A DNA stretch of 64,000 nucleotides from positions 91,982,331-92,046,330 of the forward strand of contig NC_068989.1 of the NCBI RefSeq assembly GCF_001194135.2, given 5' to 3'. Source of the DNA: Octopus bimaculoides. Lineage: Eukaryota. This document shows positions 36,516 through 50,244 of the stretch, piece after piece. Each line of letters starts with the position of its first letter. The stretch's first letter is position 1. The position numbers and the translations under genes were made by a program. The notes under the pieces were generated by a model that ran no database searches, was not told the DNA's origin, and worked only from the letters and a program-made list of their open reading frames with translations.

Positions 36516-36843
36516 NNNNNNNNNNNNNNNNNNNNNNNNNNNNNNNNNNNNNNNNNNNNNNNNNNNNNNNNNNNNNNNNNNNNNNNNNNNNNNNNNNNNN
36601 NNNNNNNNNNNNNNNNNNNNNNNNNNNNNNNNNNNNNNNNNNNNNNNNNNNNNNNNNNNNNNNNNNNNNNNNNNNNNNNNNNNNNNNNNNNNNNNNNNNN
36701 NNNNNNNNNNNNNNNNNNNNNNNNNNNNNNNNNNNNNNNNNNNNNNNNNNNNNNNNNNNNNNNNNNNNNNNNNNNNNNNNNNNNNNNNNNNNNNNNNNNN
36801 NNNNNNNNNNNNNNNNNNNNNNNNNNNNNNNNNNNNNNNNATA

Positions 36844-36874
<31 letters not shown>

Positions 36875-36878
36875 ACAT

Positions 36879-36917
<39 letters not shown>

Positions 36918-36972
36918 CACACATATGTATATATACACACAAACACACACATATATACACACTTATGTGTGT

Positions 36973-37010
<38 letters not shown>

Positions 37011-37056
37011 GTCCATCTATATATACACACACACACATATACATATGTATATATGT

Positions 37057-37105
<49 letters not shown>

Positions 37106-37662
37106 TACATATATATATATATACATGCATACACACAGTCAAACATGCAAAGAGATATATTTCGAATGAGAGAGAGGTAGTTAGGTAGAGACAGACAGAC
37201 AGAGTATTTCTGTGTGCGTGTGTATGTGACGTGGATGAATAGCCGGATGGATGGAGAGATGTGCATGCACCTACCTCTTAGACGAAGTACCAGAATGAGT
37301 GTAGTTTACTAATTAAGAGCAACCAGAAAAAATAGGTAAGAGTATCCATAGGTGTGAATAGTAAGAACAAAGCAAATGAATGGTTAAATACATAGAAACT
37401 TCAGTTACACAAATGTGGAATGCATGCTTAAGTTAATAAGTATTAGAATATATACGTATGCAACTGCACACATCTATGCGGATGCGCTTATTTGTATGTG
37501 TGCGTATTTGTACTTCGGAAAGGTGCTTGCTTTATGAGCCTATGTATGTCTGTGTTCTTGCGCTTATATGCGTGCACTTATTTAAGCATACGTAACTACA
37601 CACACACACACACACAGATGTTCACACACACACGTATACACGTATGTCTGAGTGCGCGCGAC

Positions 37663-37706
<44 letters not shown>

Positions 37707-37729
37707 ACATATATATACATATGTATATA

Positions 37730-37842
37730 TGGATGTATATGTGTATATATATGGATGTATATGTGTATATATATGGATGTATATGTGTATATATATGGAT
37801 GTATATGTGTATATATATGGATGTATATGTGTATATATATGG
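37730..37842 (+). repeat. 22-bp tandem repeat (atatatggatgtatatgtgtat), at least 5 copies, running into a gap
   Basis: Direct reading. Confidence 0.9.
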
Positions 37843-38389
37843 NNNNNNNNNNNNNNNNNNNNNNNNNNNNNNNNNNNNNNNNNNNNNNNNNNNNNNNNNN
37901 NNNNNNNNNNNNNNNNNNNNNNNNNNNNNNNNNNNNNNNNNNNNNNNNNNNNNNNNNNNNNNNNNNNNNNNNNNNNNNNNNNNNNNNNNNNNNNNNNNNN
38001 NNNNNNNNNNNNNNNNNNNNNNNNNNNNNNNNNNNNNNNNNNNNNNNNNNNNNNNNNNNNNNNNNNNNNNNNNNNNNNNNNNNNNNNNNNNNNNNNNNNN
38101 NNNNNNNNNNNNNNNNNNNNNNNNNNNNNNNNNNNNNNNNNNNNNNNNNNNNNNNNNNNNNNNNNNNNNNNNNNNNNNNNNNNNNNNNNNNNNNNNNNNN
38201 NNNNNNNNNNNNNNNNNNNNNNNNNNNNNNNNNNNNNNNNNNNNNNNNNNNNNNNNNNNNNNNNNNNNNNNNNNNNNNNNNNNNNNNNNNNNNNNNNNNN
38301 NNNNNNNNNNNNNNNNNNNNNNNNNNNNNNNNNNNNNNNNNNNNNNNNNNNNNNNNNNNNNNNNNNNNNNNNNNNNNNNNNNNNNNNNN

Positions 38390-38440
<51 letters not shown>

Positions 38441-38879
38441 CATACTTAAGCACACACATATAGTTGTATATATCTTTTAATGACCAATTTATAGAAAACT
38501 ATTGCCTCGTTCCAAAGAAGTGCCGAATACCATAGAGTGTACAATTTCACAACCAACCATTCTGTATTAAATGAAATTCTTGAAATAAACAAAGCAATAT
38601 AAAAAATTCTCAAGAAAGTCTTTCCTACTAAATCTTCAATTGTACATTTTGGCAATTTCCCCCACCATGTTTTGTTTTAATTTTTTGTTGGATTTTATTT
38701 ATTATTTTTTAATCTTGTGTTGTTTTTTGGGTTTTTGTTTTCTCCTTTATTGTCTCTTTCCACTTAAACGCGTCATTCCTTGCAGCTGCTATAACTCCTT
38801 TTATTCTGTCTGCTTCTACTGTTCCCTTTTACTGCCAATTCTACTAACGCTGCTACTGCTAATCCTGCGACTAATACTG

Positions 38880-39058
38880 ATTTCAAATTTTGGCACAAGG
38901 CCTGCAATTTTCGAGTTGGGGGAAAGTCGATTACATCGACCCCGAAAAGATGGAATGAAAAATCGACCTCGTCCCAATTTGAATTCAGAACATAATGACG
39001 AACGAAATACCGCTAGACATTTTGTCCGGCGGGCTATCGATTCTGCAAGGTTGCCACT
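38880..39058 (-). mobile_element. SINE family E (CORE-like)
   Basis: tttcaaattttggcacaaggcc...aagtcgattacatcgacccc...tttgaattcagaac...cgattctgcaag. Confidence 0.75.
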
Positions 39059-39185
39059 CCAGTGCTGTTGCTAATATTACCACCACTACCTAAAACAAAA
39101 ACTACATCGGCAATAACAATAATTCTGTTCTATATTTAAGAGATGAGGAATTATATATATTATTGTCCTCATCTTGTTTGGTGTT

Positions 39186-39231
39186 AACACAACGTTTCGG
39201 CTCATATACCCTTCAGCCTTCATCGGGTGTC
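39186..39231 (-). ncRNA. Minimal type I hammerhead fold, U4C variant
   Basis: GACAC-CCGAUGA-A-GGCU(12 nt)AGCC-GAAAC-GUU-GUGUU. Confidence 0.55.
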
Positions 39232-39289
39232 TTGGGGAAATTTCGAAATTGGGTTCTCATTCCTAAGGTATTTTTCGAAATTTCTCCAA

Positions 39290-39335
39290 GACACTCGATG
39301 AAGGCTGGAGGGTATATGAGCCGAAACGTTGTGTT
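39290..39335 (+). ncRNA. Minimal type I hammerhead fold, C3U/U4C variant
   Basis: GACAC-UCGAUGA-A-GGCU(12 nt)AGCC-GAAAC-GUU-GUGUU. Confidence 0.5.
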
Positions 39336-40108
39336 AATACCAAACAAGATTAGGACAAATATCCGTCAAATGTAAATAATGAACAATAATTCTATTATTG
39401 GCCACAGGGGCTGCACACAAAATAATTGGACTTTACGAAACTAGGGTAAAATGGGGTTCTACGGAAAGACGTATGAAGAAATATAATAAATCAATAACAA
39501 TACAATTATAAACAGCGAAATTCACGAAAAGGAGGGAGCGCCACACGCGGTTGATTAAAAATTCCTGCTGAGGTTGTTTCAACCCATCAACCATGCCAAG
39601 TGCTCCTCTCTCCTCCATAAATAGCGATCGGACCGGACCGGACCGAGCCACACCAGATCAGACCAGACCAGACCAGATCAGACCAGACCAGATCAGATCA
39701 GATATATGCCATGCCGCGCTTATTAACAAAATGAAAGTAAATTCACACACTGAAATTAGAAGGGAAATCAAAGCCAATAGGTACAAACTTAGTCATAAAA
39801 AGTCATACAAACAATATTAGTCGTGAATTAATTTTGATTTGAAAATTATTTTCTTCGGTTACATCTAGGATTTCAAGCGAAGAAGTCTAATAATTAGTTT
39901 AAATTATGAGCTTCAATTTTGCCTGGTTGTTCACGAAGATAATCTAGAAGTCAATGAGATGTTTAAATCTATCATTTGCTTAAAATATTTAAGATCTGTA
40001 GATATATTTAGTAGTATAGTATTACACGCACGCATGTACACTTGTATGAGCCTCCAGGCTAAGACATGTAAAGAAAATAAAAGAATATATATAAAATAGA
40101 CATATATT

Positions 40109-40172
<64 letters not shown>

Positions 40173-40204
40173 CATATATATATCTGAGTATGTATGTATG
40201 TATG

Positions 40205-40271
<67 letters not shown>

Positions 40272-40895
40272 TAGAGCGAGCGCTAGATGCACAAACAAGA
40301 TACCCATGCATACACTTATATCATTACTTCTCTCCTTTCGTTGAAGTGTCTATTAACACGTATGATAGAGCCGTGCTGCTCAGCTCAATTCTCAACCAAA
40401 CACCCCCCTCCTCCTCCTATACCTTTTTACGCTTATTTCAATTCTAATATTTTTCTTTAGGGGATTTCTACACTATCTTCAAGCGCTTTTCAGATCTGTA
40501 TGACATAATTACATTTTCCATTATCTAACCTCGCCTGAATTTCTTCTGCTTTTTTCTTCATTTTTATTCACAGCTCTATTGTTATATTCTCATCAAAGTA
40601 GTGCTAACATCTATTAAAATGTAATTATTAGAATAATTGGATGTGTGTATGTGTGTATGCGGATGCTTTCTACACCTCTGTTTATATTTACAGTATTCAG
40701 AAAATTGCTCTGGTCGCTTATTGGTTGTGTGTGTGATGGTAGTCGTGGGGAATCGACGTGTCACCTCTTTCTAAGCGAGTTGCTAAAACTTTTCAAACAT
40801 TCTGTTTTCATATTTACGCGTGAGTATATTAATAAATATGTGTCTATGATAGCATGTGTTTCTTTGCGTAAGTGTTTGCGCCATGGGCGTGTATA

Positions 40896-40928
<33 letters not shown>

Positions 40929-41425
40929 TAATAAAGTAGATAATTAACTCCAAGTCATATGCAAAATTATTTTTTCAGAGCAAAATGGCGAGAGAGGAAA
41001 TACATGGAAACAGGGAAAAGAAGGTGAATAGGAGCGATAAAATACAATAATGTAATATTCGAAAGAGAGAGACAGAGAGAGAGAGAAATAAATGTATGTG
41101 TACATAAATACACACACACACACACAACTACACAACGCATACTCAACACACACGCACATACATGCGCACGTGTGTATATATTGTCGTTAATTGCTCGAAA
41201 TGTATAGTAGATGAACAGCCTACAATTGATGAAGGGTCGTTTTTAATGTTACTTGTCTTGTTTTCCATTGTTTCTCTCGTTGTTCGCATACCAAAGTGTG
41301 TCTTCGTATTTCATGTTTTCTTATTTCGTATTTTCATGTTGGTTACGCTTTGTTCGAATAAAGGTAGTGCTCCAGCATGGCTGAAGTAAAATTACTGAAA
41401 GAAGTAAGAGTAAAAAATATATATA

Positions 41426-41902
41426 CAGTAATCCCTCAACTATCGTGGGTCTTACATTACAAAACCTCCTGCGATAGGTGAAAATCCGCGAGTGGAAACA
41501 GCACTGTATTGTATATATTTTTTATCATTTTTCTAATTTGTATATATTTATTTTATCATAAATGCAAAACACCACACACTCGCTTCCCGAGTTTCATTTT
41601 CCGTACAGTATGTGCGATTCTTTGTTTACTCATCTACGGTACACCACGTATTTTCCTTGAATATATTCTAATTAATATGGTATACAGTGCAGTAGTGTAC
41701 TGTATTTTTATTTTTTAGTTCGTTAATTTTTAGGCGTGAAAATGCTTATTTAAAATCTCAAAAAATATCAATACCTATCAACCGCAGAAACCCGTGATAT
41801 ACTGAGGAGTCCGCGATATAAAATTATATATATTAGCCAGAAAAAAAACCGCGATATACTGAGTTCGCGATAGTTGAACCGCGATATACCAAAGGATTAC
41901 TG
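41426..41902. mobile_element. pogo/Tigger-like MITE
   Basis: TA|CAGTAATCC ... GGATTACTG|TA with repeated subterminal (c)cgcgata motifs. Confidence 0.85.
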
Positions 41903-42141
41903 TACATACATATACAGTTCAAATTTACAGAAAACAAAATATGAAGGCAGGTGTAGGAATAATAACAAGCAGGTGTATTAGTTTAACGCTCGGGAAGGGT
42001 GGAAAAGTCTTTTTTGTGTTGACCCTACTCTCTTCTACAGAAAGGTTTAAGAGGGAAAGAAAGAGAGAATGAAAAAAAAAACTGAGAGAACAAAATGTGT
42101 AGGGATTAACGGTTCAACATGATGAAAAATGTATGTGTATG

Positions 42142-42223
<82 letters not shown>

Positions 42224-42247
42224 TACATCTGTGTGTGCGTGTGTATA

Positions 42248-42790
42248 CAGGATTATTCCAAAAGAATAAACCAATTTCATTACGCAATATTTTTATGAGG
42301 GAAAGCAATAGAAAGCTCCAGCTAAGTCACAAGTATTTATTCACAATCAACTTTTATTTCTTGTCTGACAAGCGTTCAATGTAGCCACCACCTGCAGAAT
42401 GGGCAACATCAATGCGATAAGAGAAGATACGTATCAGCATATCAAAAGGAAGTTCATTATGAAACTAGAGAATAAATTTGCTTTGCTTAAGGCTATTCCA
42501 GAAGATATTGACATAGAAGGGAAATGGAAAAACTTCGATAAAGCATTCAACCAGACAGCCAAAGAAGTACTCAGTGGACCGTGAAGATATGCTGATACGC
42601 GTCTAAGAGGAATTATCTTATCGCATTGATGTTGCCCGTGCTGCAGCTGGTGGCCACATTGAACACCTGTAAGACAGGAAATAAAAGTTGATTGGGAGTA
42701 AATACTTGTGACTCAGCTGGAGTTTTCTATTGCTTTCCCTTATTAAAATATTGCGTAATGAACTCGGTTCATTCTTTTTAAATAACCCTG
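42248..42790. mobile_element. Foldback MITE made of two mariner-type 3' ends around a 140-bp foreign core
   Basis: Inverted arms of about 195 bp (42248-42443 and 42585-42790); the right arm encodes LSYRIDVARAAAGGHIEHL* (transposase C-terminus); TA at the left end. Confidence 0.85.
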
Positions 42791-42829
42791 TTTATACGTA
42801 CGCATATTATATTTTTAGAATCTCATTCT

Positions 42830-43250
42830 TAACTCTCTTGCTCTTTCCTGAAGATATCTCTTGTTTCTTGCTTCAAAATTTCAACGTTACTGACATTGAG
42901 CCTACGATCTGGGCTGAGGTTTACTCCACATATCGAGCTTGCTGACCCTGTTTCAAAGGGAACTTCGTCCCCTCAATTAGGTTGACGCATATACCACAGT
43001 TGGCTCTTCCACAGTTTTTTTACTGACGACTTCAGTGTTCTTGTCGAGTGTACTTGCGCTTGCGTTCAGAGAATTTTCATAGACTTGGGTTGTCTTTTGC
43101 TCTTTATGATGGTGCGTGTTTGGAGAATTAAATTCATTCTGCGGTCCCTTTTTATTAGGGGAATATTCTGGAGGATGGTGTCGCAGGCTTCATTGTTAAG
43201 AGGGTTGTATGTGAAGATGTATGGCAGGGCTTTCGGTTGTAAATACTTCT
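42830..43250 (-). mobile_element. Penelope-like element fragment (RT-to-GIY-YIG linker and Cys knuckle)
   Basis: PKALPYIFTYNPLNNEACDTILQNIPLIKRDRRMNLILQTRTIIKSKRQPKS...CGRANCGICVNLIEGTKFPLKQGQ. Confidence 0.75.
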
Positions 43251-43322
43251 TTAGTTTGAGATGACTGAATTCGTGGATGTTGAACGCCTATATTTATAAA
43301 TATATATATATATATGTATATA

Positions 43323-43392
<70 letters not shown>

Positions 43393-44574
43393 TCTCTCTC
43401 TATATATATATATGTTTTTGTGATTGTAATATCAAAATAAAACAAAACAAAGTTTTTCATATACACTCAAACACACACTCATACCCATATATATATCTAT
43501 ATAAAGAGTATTTTCCCGCGATATTCAGAACAAAAGAAATATTACTCCATTTGGTGAGAATCAAATATTATTTAATAAATACAATATATGTTTATATGAT
43601 TTGTTGTGCTATTATTAGTTTCCTGTGCTGTGAACATTCTAAATTAGTTCGTCATGCCATATGGGGAATGTCTGGTGATTGTGCTAGGACACCAGGCGTG
43701 TCAAATAGCACCTTGGCAAGTTCTCTACACATGAAACTATTAATAGCACATAAAGACACTTATTGTATTTATTAAATAATTATCTATATATATATATGTA
43801 TGTGTGTGTTTGTGTTTACGTACATATTTTCATAAGATGTTTCTCAGAATCGAACATTTCAAATACGATCCACCAATGTGTATAAAAGAAATAACTTACT
43901 TTTCTGGATGACATTTCGTTTCTGGAAGCCCATTTTGTAACATCTGTCTTCAAGATAGTGGCTTCTATCTGTAGCTGCCCTTAGTAACTCATATTACAAA
44001 TGCGTATGCGAATGACCAGAGTTATGTCAACATTCGCTAAAAACAGGTAGTATTGAACGGAATTTTCGTAACAACATTTCTTTAGATAATACCTGCTTAG
44101 AGCTTGGAAAATTAGCGTCATAATTTCATAGTGAAACATTTATATTGAACTCTTGTTGGTCGTTGTAAAAGAATCGATAGAACACTGTCGAAGCCTAAAT
44201 ATTCTAATCGAAATTTGTTTTAAGGCGTTTAAATAAGTAATCAAGTTATTCTTCTTGAAGAATATTAACGAACTCACCATAGAATGGAGAATAGGAGAAT
44301 AGAGAAATATCTCACGTACTTAGTTAGGAAGGTGTTAACAGGAATAATGATAGCTGTTCGTCAGAATTCGTTTACTGTTTGAGTGATAACACATATGTAA
44401 TCAATGGGGTAGATAAAGTGGTTATTTCAAGTACTGATTGTCTAAGAGAAACCTCTTGAGAGACGCAATCGAAAATGTTCCAAACCACCGAAAGCATCCA
44501 TTTATTTGTTTGAAGTTGGTTGAATGTGAATATCAGAATTGATATGACATATACTGGAAAACCAAGTAAGATCA

Positions 44575-44755
44575 CTTCACGCTCTGACTTCATATGGGGC
44601 TGGTCCTCTGAATTACAGCGACTACGCATTTTTGCTAGCTGATGGAGTGGAGCGACGTAAAATGAAGTATCTTCCTCAAGGATACAATACACCACCGGGA
44701 ATCGAACACACTATATTCTGACTGTCAGCGGAATACCATAACCACTTACCCAAGA
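44575..44755 (-). mobile_element. Degraded SINE family B head
   Basis: Reverse complement gtggttatggtattccgctgac...gttcgattcccggtggtgtattgtatccttgagg. Confidence 0.7.
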
Positions 44756-45097
44756 GCTTTTCCACTTTGGATTAGAGTTCACTTGAAATATATTGCGTCT
44801 TGTGCGAGTCTGTTTTGCTCTCAGTATCGTGGATAAAAGACTGGTAAACGGTAGCTTAATGGAAATCTGTTGGCTCAAACCGACTTGGTCTTGGATGGAG
44901 GCCGTAAACCGTTTCCATGTAGACATCCACTGCTTTCTTTTTGGAGCGAAGCCCACTGTCTCAGGAACTCTGGTCAGATCTTTGTTTGTAGATGACATCC
45001 AGCCTCCTTCTCACCAGTCACAAAGCTTTCAGTGTGTCGTGGGGGGGGGACCATTTTCCTGGCTTACTAATTCATGAATATATGTATGTGCGTGTGC

Positions 45098-45134
<37 letters not shown>

Positions 45135-45137
<3 letters not shown>

Positions 45138-45446
45138 TTGGCAGACGGAAAGTGAAAGAAGCCCGTTGTGCATATATCTATATATCTATCTATCTATTTA
45201 TCTGTGTATGTCTGTGAGTGTTGTGTGCTTGTGTGTGTCTCTGTGTCTGTTTTTCTTCTTCATCACCGCTTGGCAAACGGTGTTATCTGTTAACGTCCCA
45301 TAACCTAGCGGTTCGACTATAGAAATCGATAGAATAAGTTCTAGTCTTACAAAGTAAGTCCTGGGATCGATTTGTTTGACCAAAATCCTTGAAGGCGTTG
45401 CTCAAGTATGACCGCAGTCAAATGACTGAAACAGGTAAAGGAATAA
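45135..45446 (+). mobile_element. SINE family A, 3' part
   Basis: atttggcagacggaaagtgaaagaagcccg...cataacctagcggttcg...caaatgactgaaacaggtaaa. Confidence 0.8.
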
Positions 45447-45457
45447 ATATAGACGAT

Positions 45458-45748
45458 GACGCATGGTCTGGCGATTAGGGTCTTGCACTGACGATCGCAA
45501 GGTCGGGGTTTCAATTCCTAGACCGGATGGTGTGTTGTGTTCCTTGAAGGAAACGCTTCACCTCACGTTGCACCACGATTACTTCAATACCTGATATGTG
45601 GTACACGGTGCACTTGTCCAAGCAACGTCCATTTTGATGGAGTGCGTGAGCTAAACCACAGCACATATATTTGATCACAATAAACAAATAATTTGTGTAG
45701 GTCGTTAGGCAAAAGTTGAACATTCATACGTCATCTTCGACGGGAGAG
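45458..45748 (+). mobile_element. tRNA-derived SINE family C
   Basis: gacgcatggtctggcgattaggg...gtttcaattcc...ggtgcacttgtccaagcaacgtcc...cgtcatcttcgacgggag. Confidence 0.75.
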
Positions 45749-46103
45749 CTTATCTATCTATTTATCTATCTATCTATTTATCATATGGTGATGTTTCAAC
45801 AAGTAGAAAAGCACTCGATCGGCTATTTATTTTTATATATGTGTATGTACCTTTGTCTCTGAGCCCCACACGGGTCTAAACATATGTATATATTATAAGG
45901 GATTCACATTCTTACGAGACGTATTTTACACGGTTATGTTCGTTCAGTGCGTCTCCATTTATGGAAAGAAATCAGTAAAAGACAATATTTCTTAATTATA
46001 TTACGTAAAGCGTGATTCATGGAATTTTATACATTCGAAGGAATGTAGGTCTGTCATGCAGGTATCCATGTGTGTGTTGATAAATCACGGACTAGGTGAA
46101 ATC

Positions 46104-46152
<49 letters not shown>

Positions 46153-46575
46153 NNNNNNNNNNNNNNNNNNNNNNNNNNNNNNNNNNNNNNNNNNNNNNNN
46201 NNNNNNNNNNNNNNNNNNNNNNNNNNNNNNNNNNNNNNNNNNNNNNNNNNNNNNNNNNNNNNNNNNNNNNNNNNNNNNNNNNNNNNNNNNNNNNNNNNNN
46301 NNNNNNNNNNNNNNNNNNNNNNNNNNNNNNNNNNNNNNNNNNNNNNNNNNNNNNNNNNNNNNNNNNNNNNNNNNNNNNNNNNNNNNNNNNNNNNNNNNNN
46401 NNNNNNNNNNNNNNNNNNNNNNNNNNNNNNNNNNNNNNNNNNNNNNNNNNNNNNNNNNNNNNNNNNNNNNNNNNNNNNNNNNNNNNNNNNNNNNNNNNNN
46501 NNNNNNNNNNNNNNNNTATATATATATATAGTTACATATATGTGACTATACCTAGATACATACATACCTACATAC

Positions 46576-46615
<40 letters not shown>

Positions 46616-47011
46616 TCATATATGCGTATTTACTTATATTTGTATGTATGTTTGTGTCTGTGTACATGTATATTATGCACGTATCTATGTATGACTGGCT
46701 GCCGTTTTGTTACACAAAAATGTTATTAGATATTCCTGAATTATATAGAAATTTTAAATTTAAATCAACATGACTCACTGAGCACATCCACTGCTAGTTT
46801 GGAAACAAACACACCTTTGCAGATACATGACACATACGCTCTCACAGGCACGCGCACACGCACGCGCGCGCCACACACACACACGTGCATATATGTATGA
46901 ATCCGTAAAGATGATTATATTCATGTTATTAGCTGGGCATCGCTTACGCACAAACACTAGAAAATGTTCTTATATAAACATACATAAAGCCATCCATACT
47001 TCCATGTATCC

Positions 47012-47045
<34 letters not shown>

Positions 47046-47321
47046 CCTTATTTGTATGTTTATATATATACATAGCGTTTTATATTTAATTTTTTGTCTG
47101 TCATCACTCTGCGGCCAACATGGGTAACCACTTAGAAAGGTCTTAGTCGTATGAGTCTCCAATATTACTTAGTTATTTTGTAAGCCAGCCACTGATTATA
47201 TCGATCACTTATGTTGAAGCACAAGGTTATGGCGGCGTAAACACATTATTTATCAAGCGCTGGACGAGTGACAAACAAAGACACACACACCGATATATAT
47301 ACATAAATATATACATATTGA

Positions 47322-47381
<60 letters not shown>

Positions 47382-47459
47382 ACTACATATGTGGGAAATT
47401 CTCTCTGTGGTTTTGTCTGTGGAGTTGTTAGCTAAGTCCTCCTACATCGTGTCCAGTGA

Positions 47460-47499
<40 letters not shown>

Positions 47500-49702
47500 C
47501 TGTTTATCTGAAAGAAGTGTAAATGGAAAAGAGAAGGAAAGAAAGAAGGAAGGAGAAGAAAAAATTGTGTTTACATCTATACAGCTGGTCAGTTCTTTCA
47601 ATAAGACAAACAATTTTTTTTTATTTTTCATAAAAGGATGGAGATAAATATGAAAACCAGGTTCATCAGTGGGCACAAAAATGTCCCGCTATCTGGACTT
47701 CTTGCCTCTTTTAGGCTCTGTTGTTCCAAATTTGAATAAAGATTAAGAATAATGAAATATTGTAATGAATCAATGGGTGAGGTATCTAAATATCGGTAAG
47801 TTCATTTTGTCATAGGCATGGATGAAAAATAAATATAAAATAGCATTTCTGTAGTCAGTTACCAATATAAGTTGGCAAATGGTGCCATTGTTTTAGATAC
47901 TGAAATAAGTTCTAAAATAATTTTAGATTCACTTTTAGGATCAAATCTGTTGCCGAATATGATTTATCAAAGCATGTGACATATTAATAAAAATCTGTAC
48001 AACCATCCAGATTTCTTAGTACCTTATTTTCTCTAATATACATAAAGGTATATATGGATGTGTGTTTGTGTGTGTGTGTGTATGCATGTGTACGTGTATA
48101 TGAATGCATATAATTCTCATCAACTCACATCCCACACTTTTTTTCAAGTTAGTTTCCTTGACAACGTTTCTCTCGTTTATTAGTTTAAACTATTTTAAGG
48201 AAACCTCTGCTCATCTTTCATTTTAATGCTTTTGATATCATTTTCGTATTTGCCGTTCTAGTTGTGCTTCTTCAGTGTCTTTTTTTCTTCTTTCCTCATC
48301 ATCACAACCATCATAATCCATAGTCCTATTCATCGTCATCAGCATTAATATGATCATCAGTAGTATTCTTCTTCTCTTTCTTCTTTTTCTCATTATTATT
48401 ATTATTATCATCATTATTATTATTATCGTCATGATCATCAGTATCATTTTTATTATTACTGTCGTCGTCGTCATCATTTTCATTAGTATTATTATTAGGT
48501 AGATGTCTCTCTTATTCTCTTACTTTACTCATATTTGACAGATTTTGTATTCCGGTTCCTTTATTTATTACGTATGTACGAATTCGCCGAAATCGAATTT
48601 GACATCCATCCATCCACAGCCGACAAAATATATGCCAGATGAGCACTGGCGTCGATGTAAGCGACTTATACCTCCACCGAAATCGCTGACCTTGAACCAA
48701 AATTTGTGACCATGTGTGAACAAGTGCTGTTCACAACAAATCGTTCGGTGATCCGTGTTGATGTCTGCCAATCGATAATAAATCGCCATCAGAATGGTGA
48801 ACAGTGAAAAATAAAACGATTGATATTTATACTTATTAAGTTCGGACGTAAGTATGACAATCGCTTTAGTGTTTTGTCACAGGAAAATAACTTCAACTTC
48901 ACTGCGAATATCTGTTCATAACACACTCATTTCATTGGCGCAACGGACTCTATATCATGGTATTACGGAACTCTTATATTGTTTAGATAAAATTATTTTC
49001 AAATGTTCTTAGGATTTATTGAATCAATGCCTCCTTCCCGTAAACCTCATTTTATATTAACCGTTTCTGTGATATTTTCTGACACCTATTGCCCCATTCC
49101 TATGAATATCTGCGTATTATCTCTCTATACTTTCATGTCATCTTTCAGAGTTCTCTTATCTCTGATCCAGAAGTCTCACAATCAAAATGGACTTCACATC
49201 TTAACCATCATATCTATTATAATATCCCAGGATTATGTCAAGCGATTTGGCCTTCTTTCTGTAAAATGATTAAAAGATTAATCGACCGCTATAGTTATCA
49301 GGTGATGATACCATCAATGACTTATCTTCCTTTGTAATATTAGTGGGCTTAGATTTAAAGTTGAGATTATAGGTGGCGTGATGTAAAGCATTCCAAACAC
49401 ATACCGTTATACTTCTATTAATTTCATTGACTGTGGACGTGATATAACGGTAACGTGAAGGAATTAGTCAAATCGACCTCGGTACTTGTTTTATGTCTAA
49501 CAGCTATCGTATCGTTCTCTTTTTCACAAACCGCTAAGTTACAAGACCTTATCAAAATCAATATCAGATGTTAAGCAAAGACAACCGCAAAGGTGCGCTA
49601 ACACACACACATATACACACATAACTTTCTATTTATCTGTCTGTCTGTCTATATGTGTGTATGTATACTTATCTACCCATCTGCTTACCTACATATCCAT
49701 TT

Positions 49703-49993
49703 GTACAAGTGTCTTATACTGTAGCCTCGGCCGACCAAACACTTGTGAGTGGATTTGGTAGACGGAAACTGGAAGAAGCCCTTCGTATATATACATATAT
49801 ATGTATATGTGAGTGTGTGTGTGTGTGTGTGCCTGTGTGTATATTTGTGTGTGTGTGTGTGTGTGTGTGTTTGTCCCCTCGCCATCGCTTAACGACCGGT
49901 GCTGGTGTGTTTATGTCTCGTAACTTAGCGGTTCAGAAGTACTAGCTCCTCGAGCAACACTGCAGTCAGATGCCTAGAGCAAGTAAAAGAATA
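49703..49993 (+). mobile_element. SINE family A, 5'-truncated
   Basis: caagtgtcttatactgtagcctcggccgaccaaac...gagtggatttggtagacggaaactg...gtaacttagcggttc. Confidence 0.8.
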
Positions 49994-50244
49994 TACATAT
50001 ATATTGTGTAGAGTTAGAAGTACGACTTCACTGTACGAATTAGAACCGCACGTAGGTTATCATTATCCACTTAGCTTCTATGCTGTTTAGTCAACCACTG
50101 TACTAAACAATCTTTACTAGTTACGCTACACAGAACATAACGCCATTATAGGTGCAGTACTACCTCTTTTTCGAATAACTCTGATTATGAACAAAGCGTG
50201 CTGTGTGTGTGTATATATATATATGTATATATGTGTGTGTGTAT

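Larger units (their letters stand above)
39140..39392. mobile_element. Palindromic Penelope-derived element with two opposed hammerhead folds
   Basis: Arms about 39165-39250 and 39272-39358; same architecture as 20915-21230. Confidence 0.8.

Noticed and set aside
36326-38480. Many 170-320 aa ORFs rich in YI, HT, CV and X
   Set aside because: Translations of (TA)n/(CA)n microsatellites and gaps. The same applies to similar ORFs throughout the window.
44711-44998. Minus-strand exon ending in TGG|GTAAGT
   Set aside because: The apparent donor is the decayed A box of a SINE head (tggcttagtggtt), and the ORF has no recognisable homology.
48568-48789. Protein kinase exon suggested by KVSDFG
   Set aside because: No HRD or APE context and the flanking residues do not fit subdomains VIb-VIII. 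Kept only as an unassigned exon-like island.
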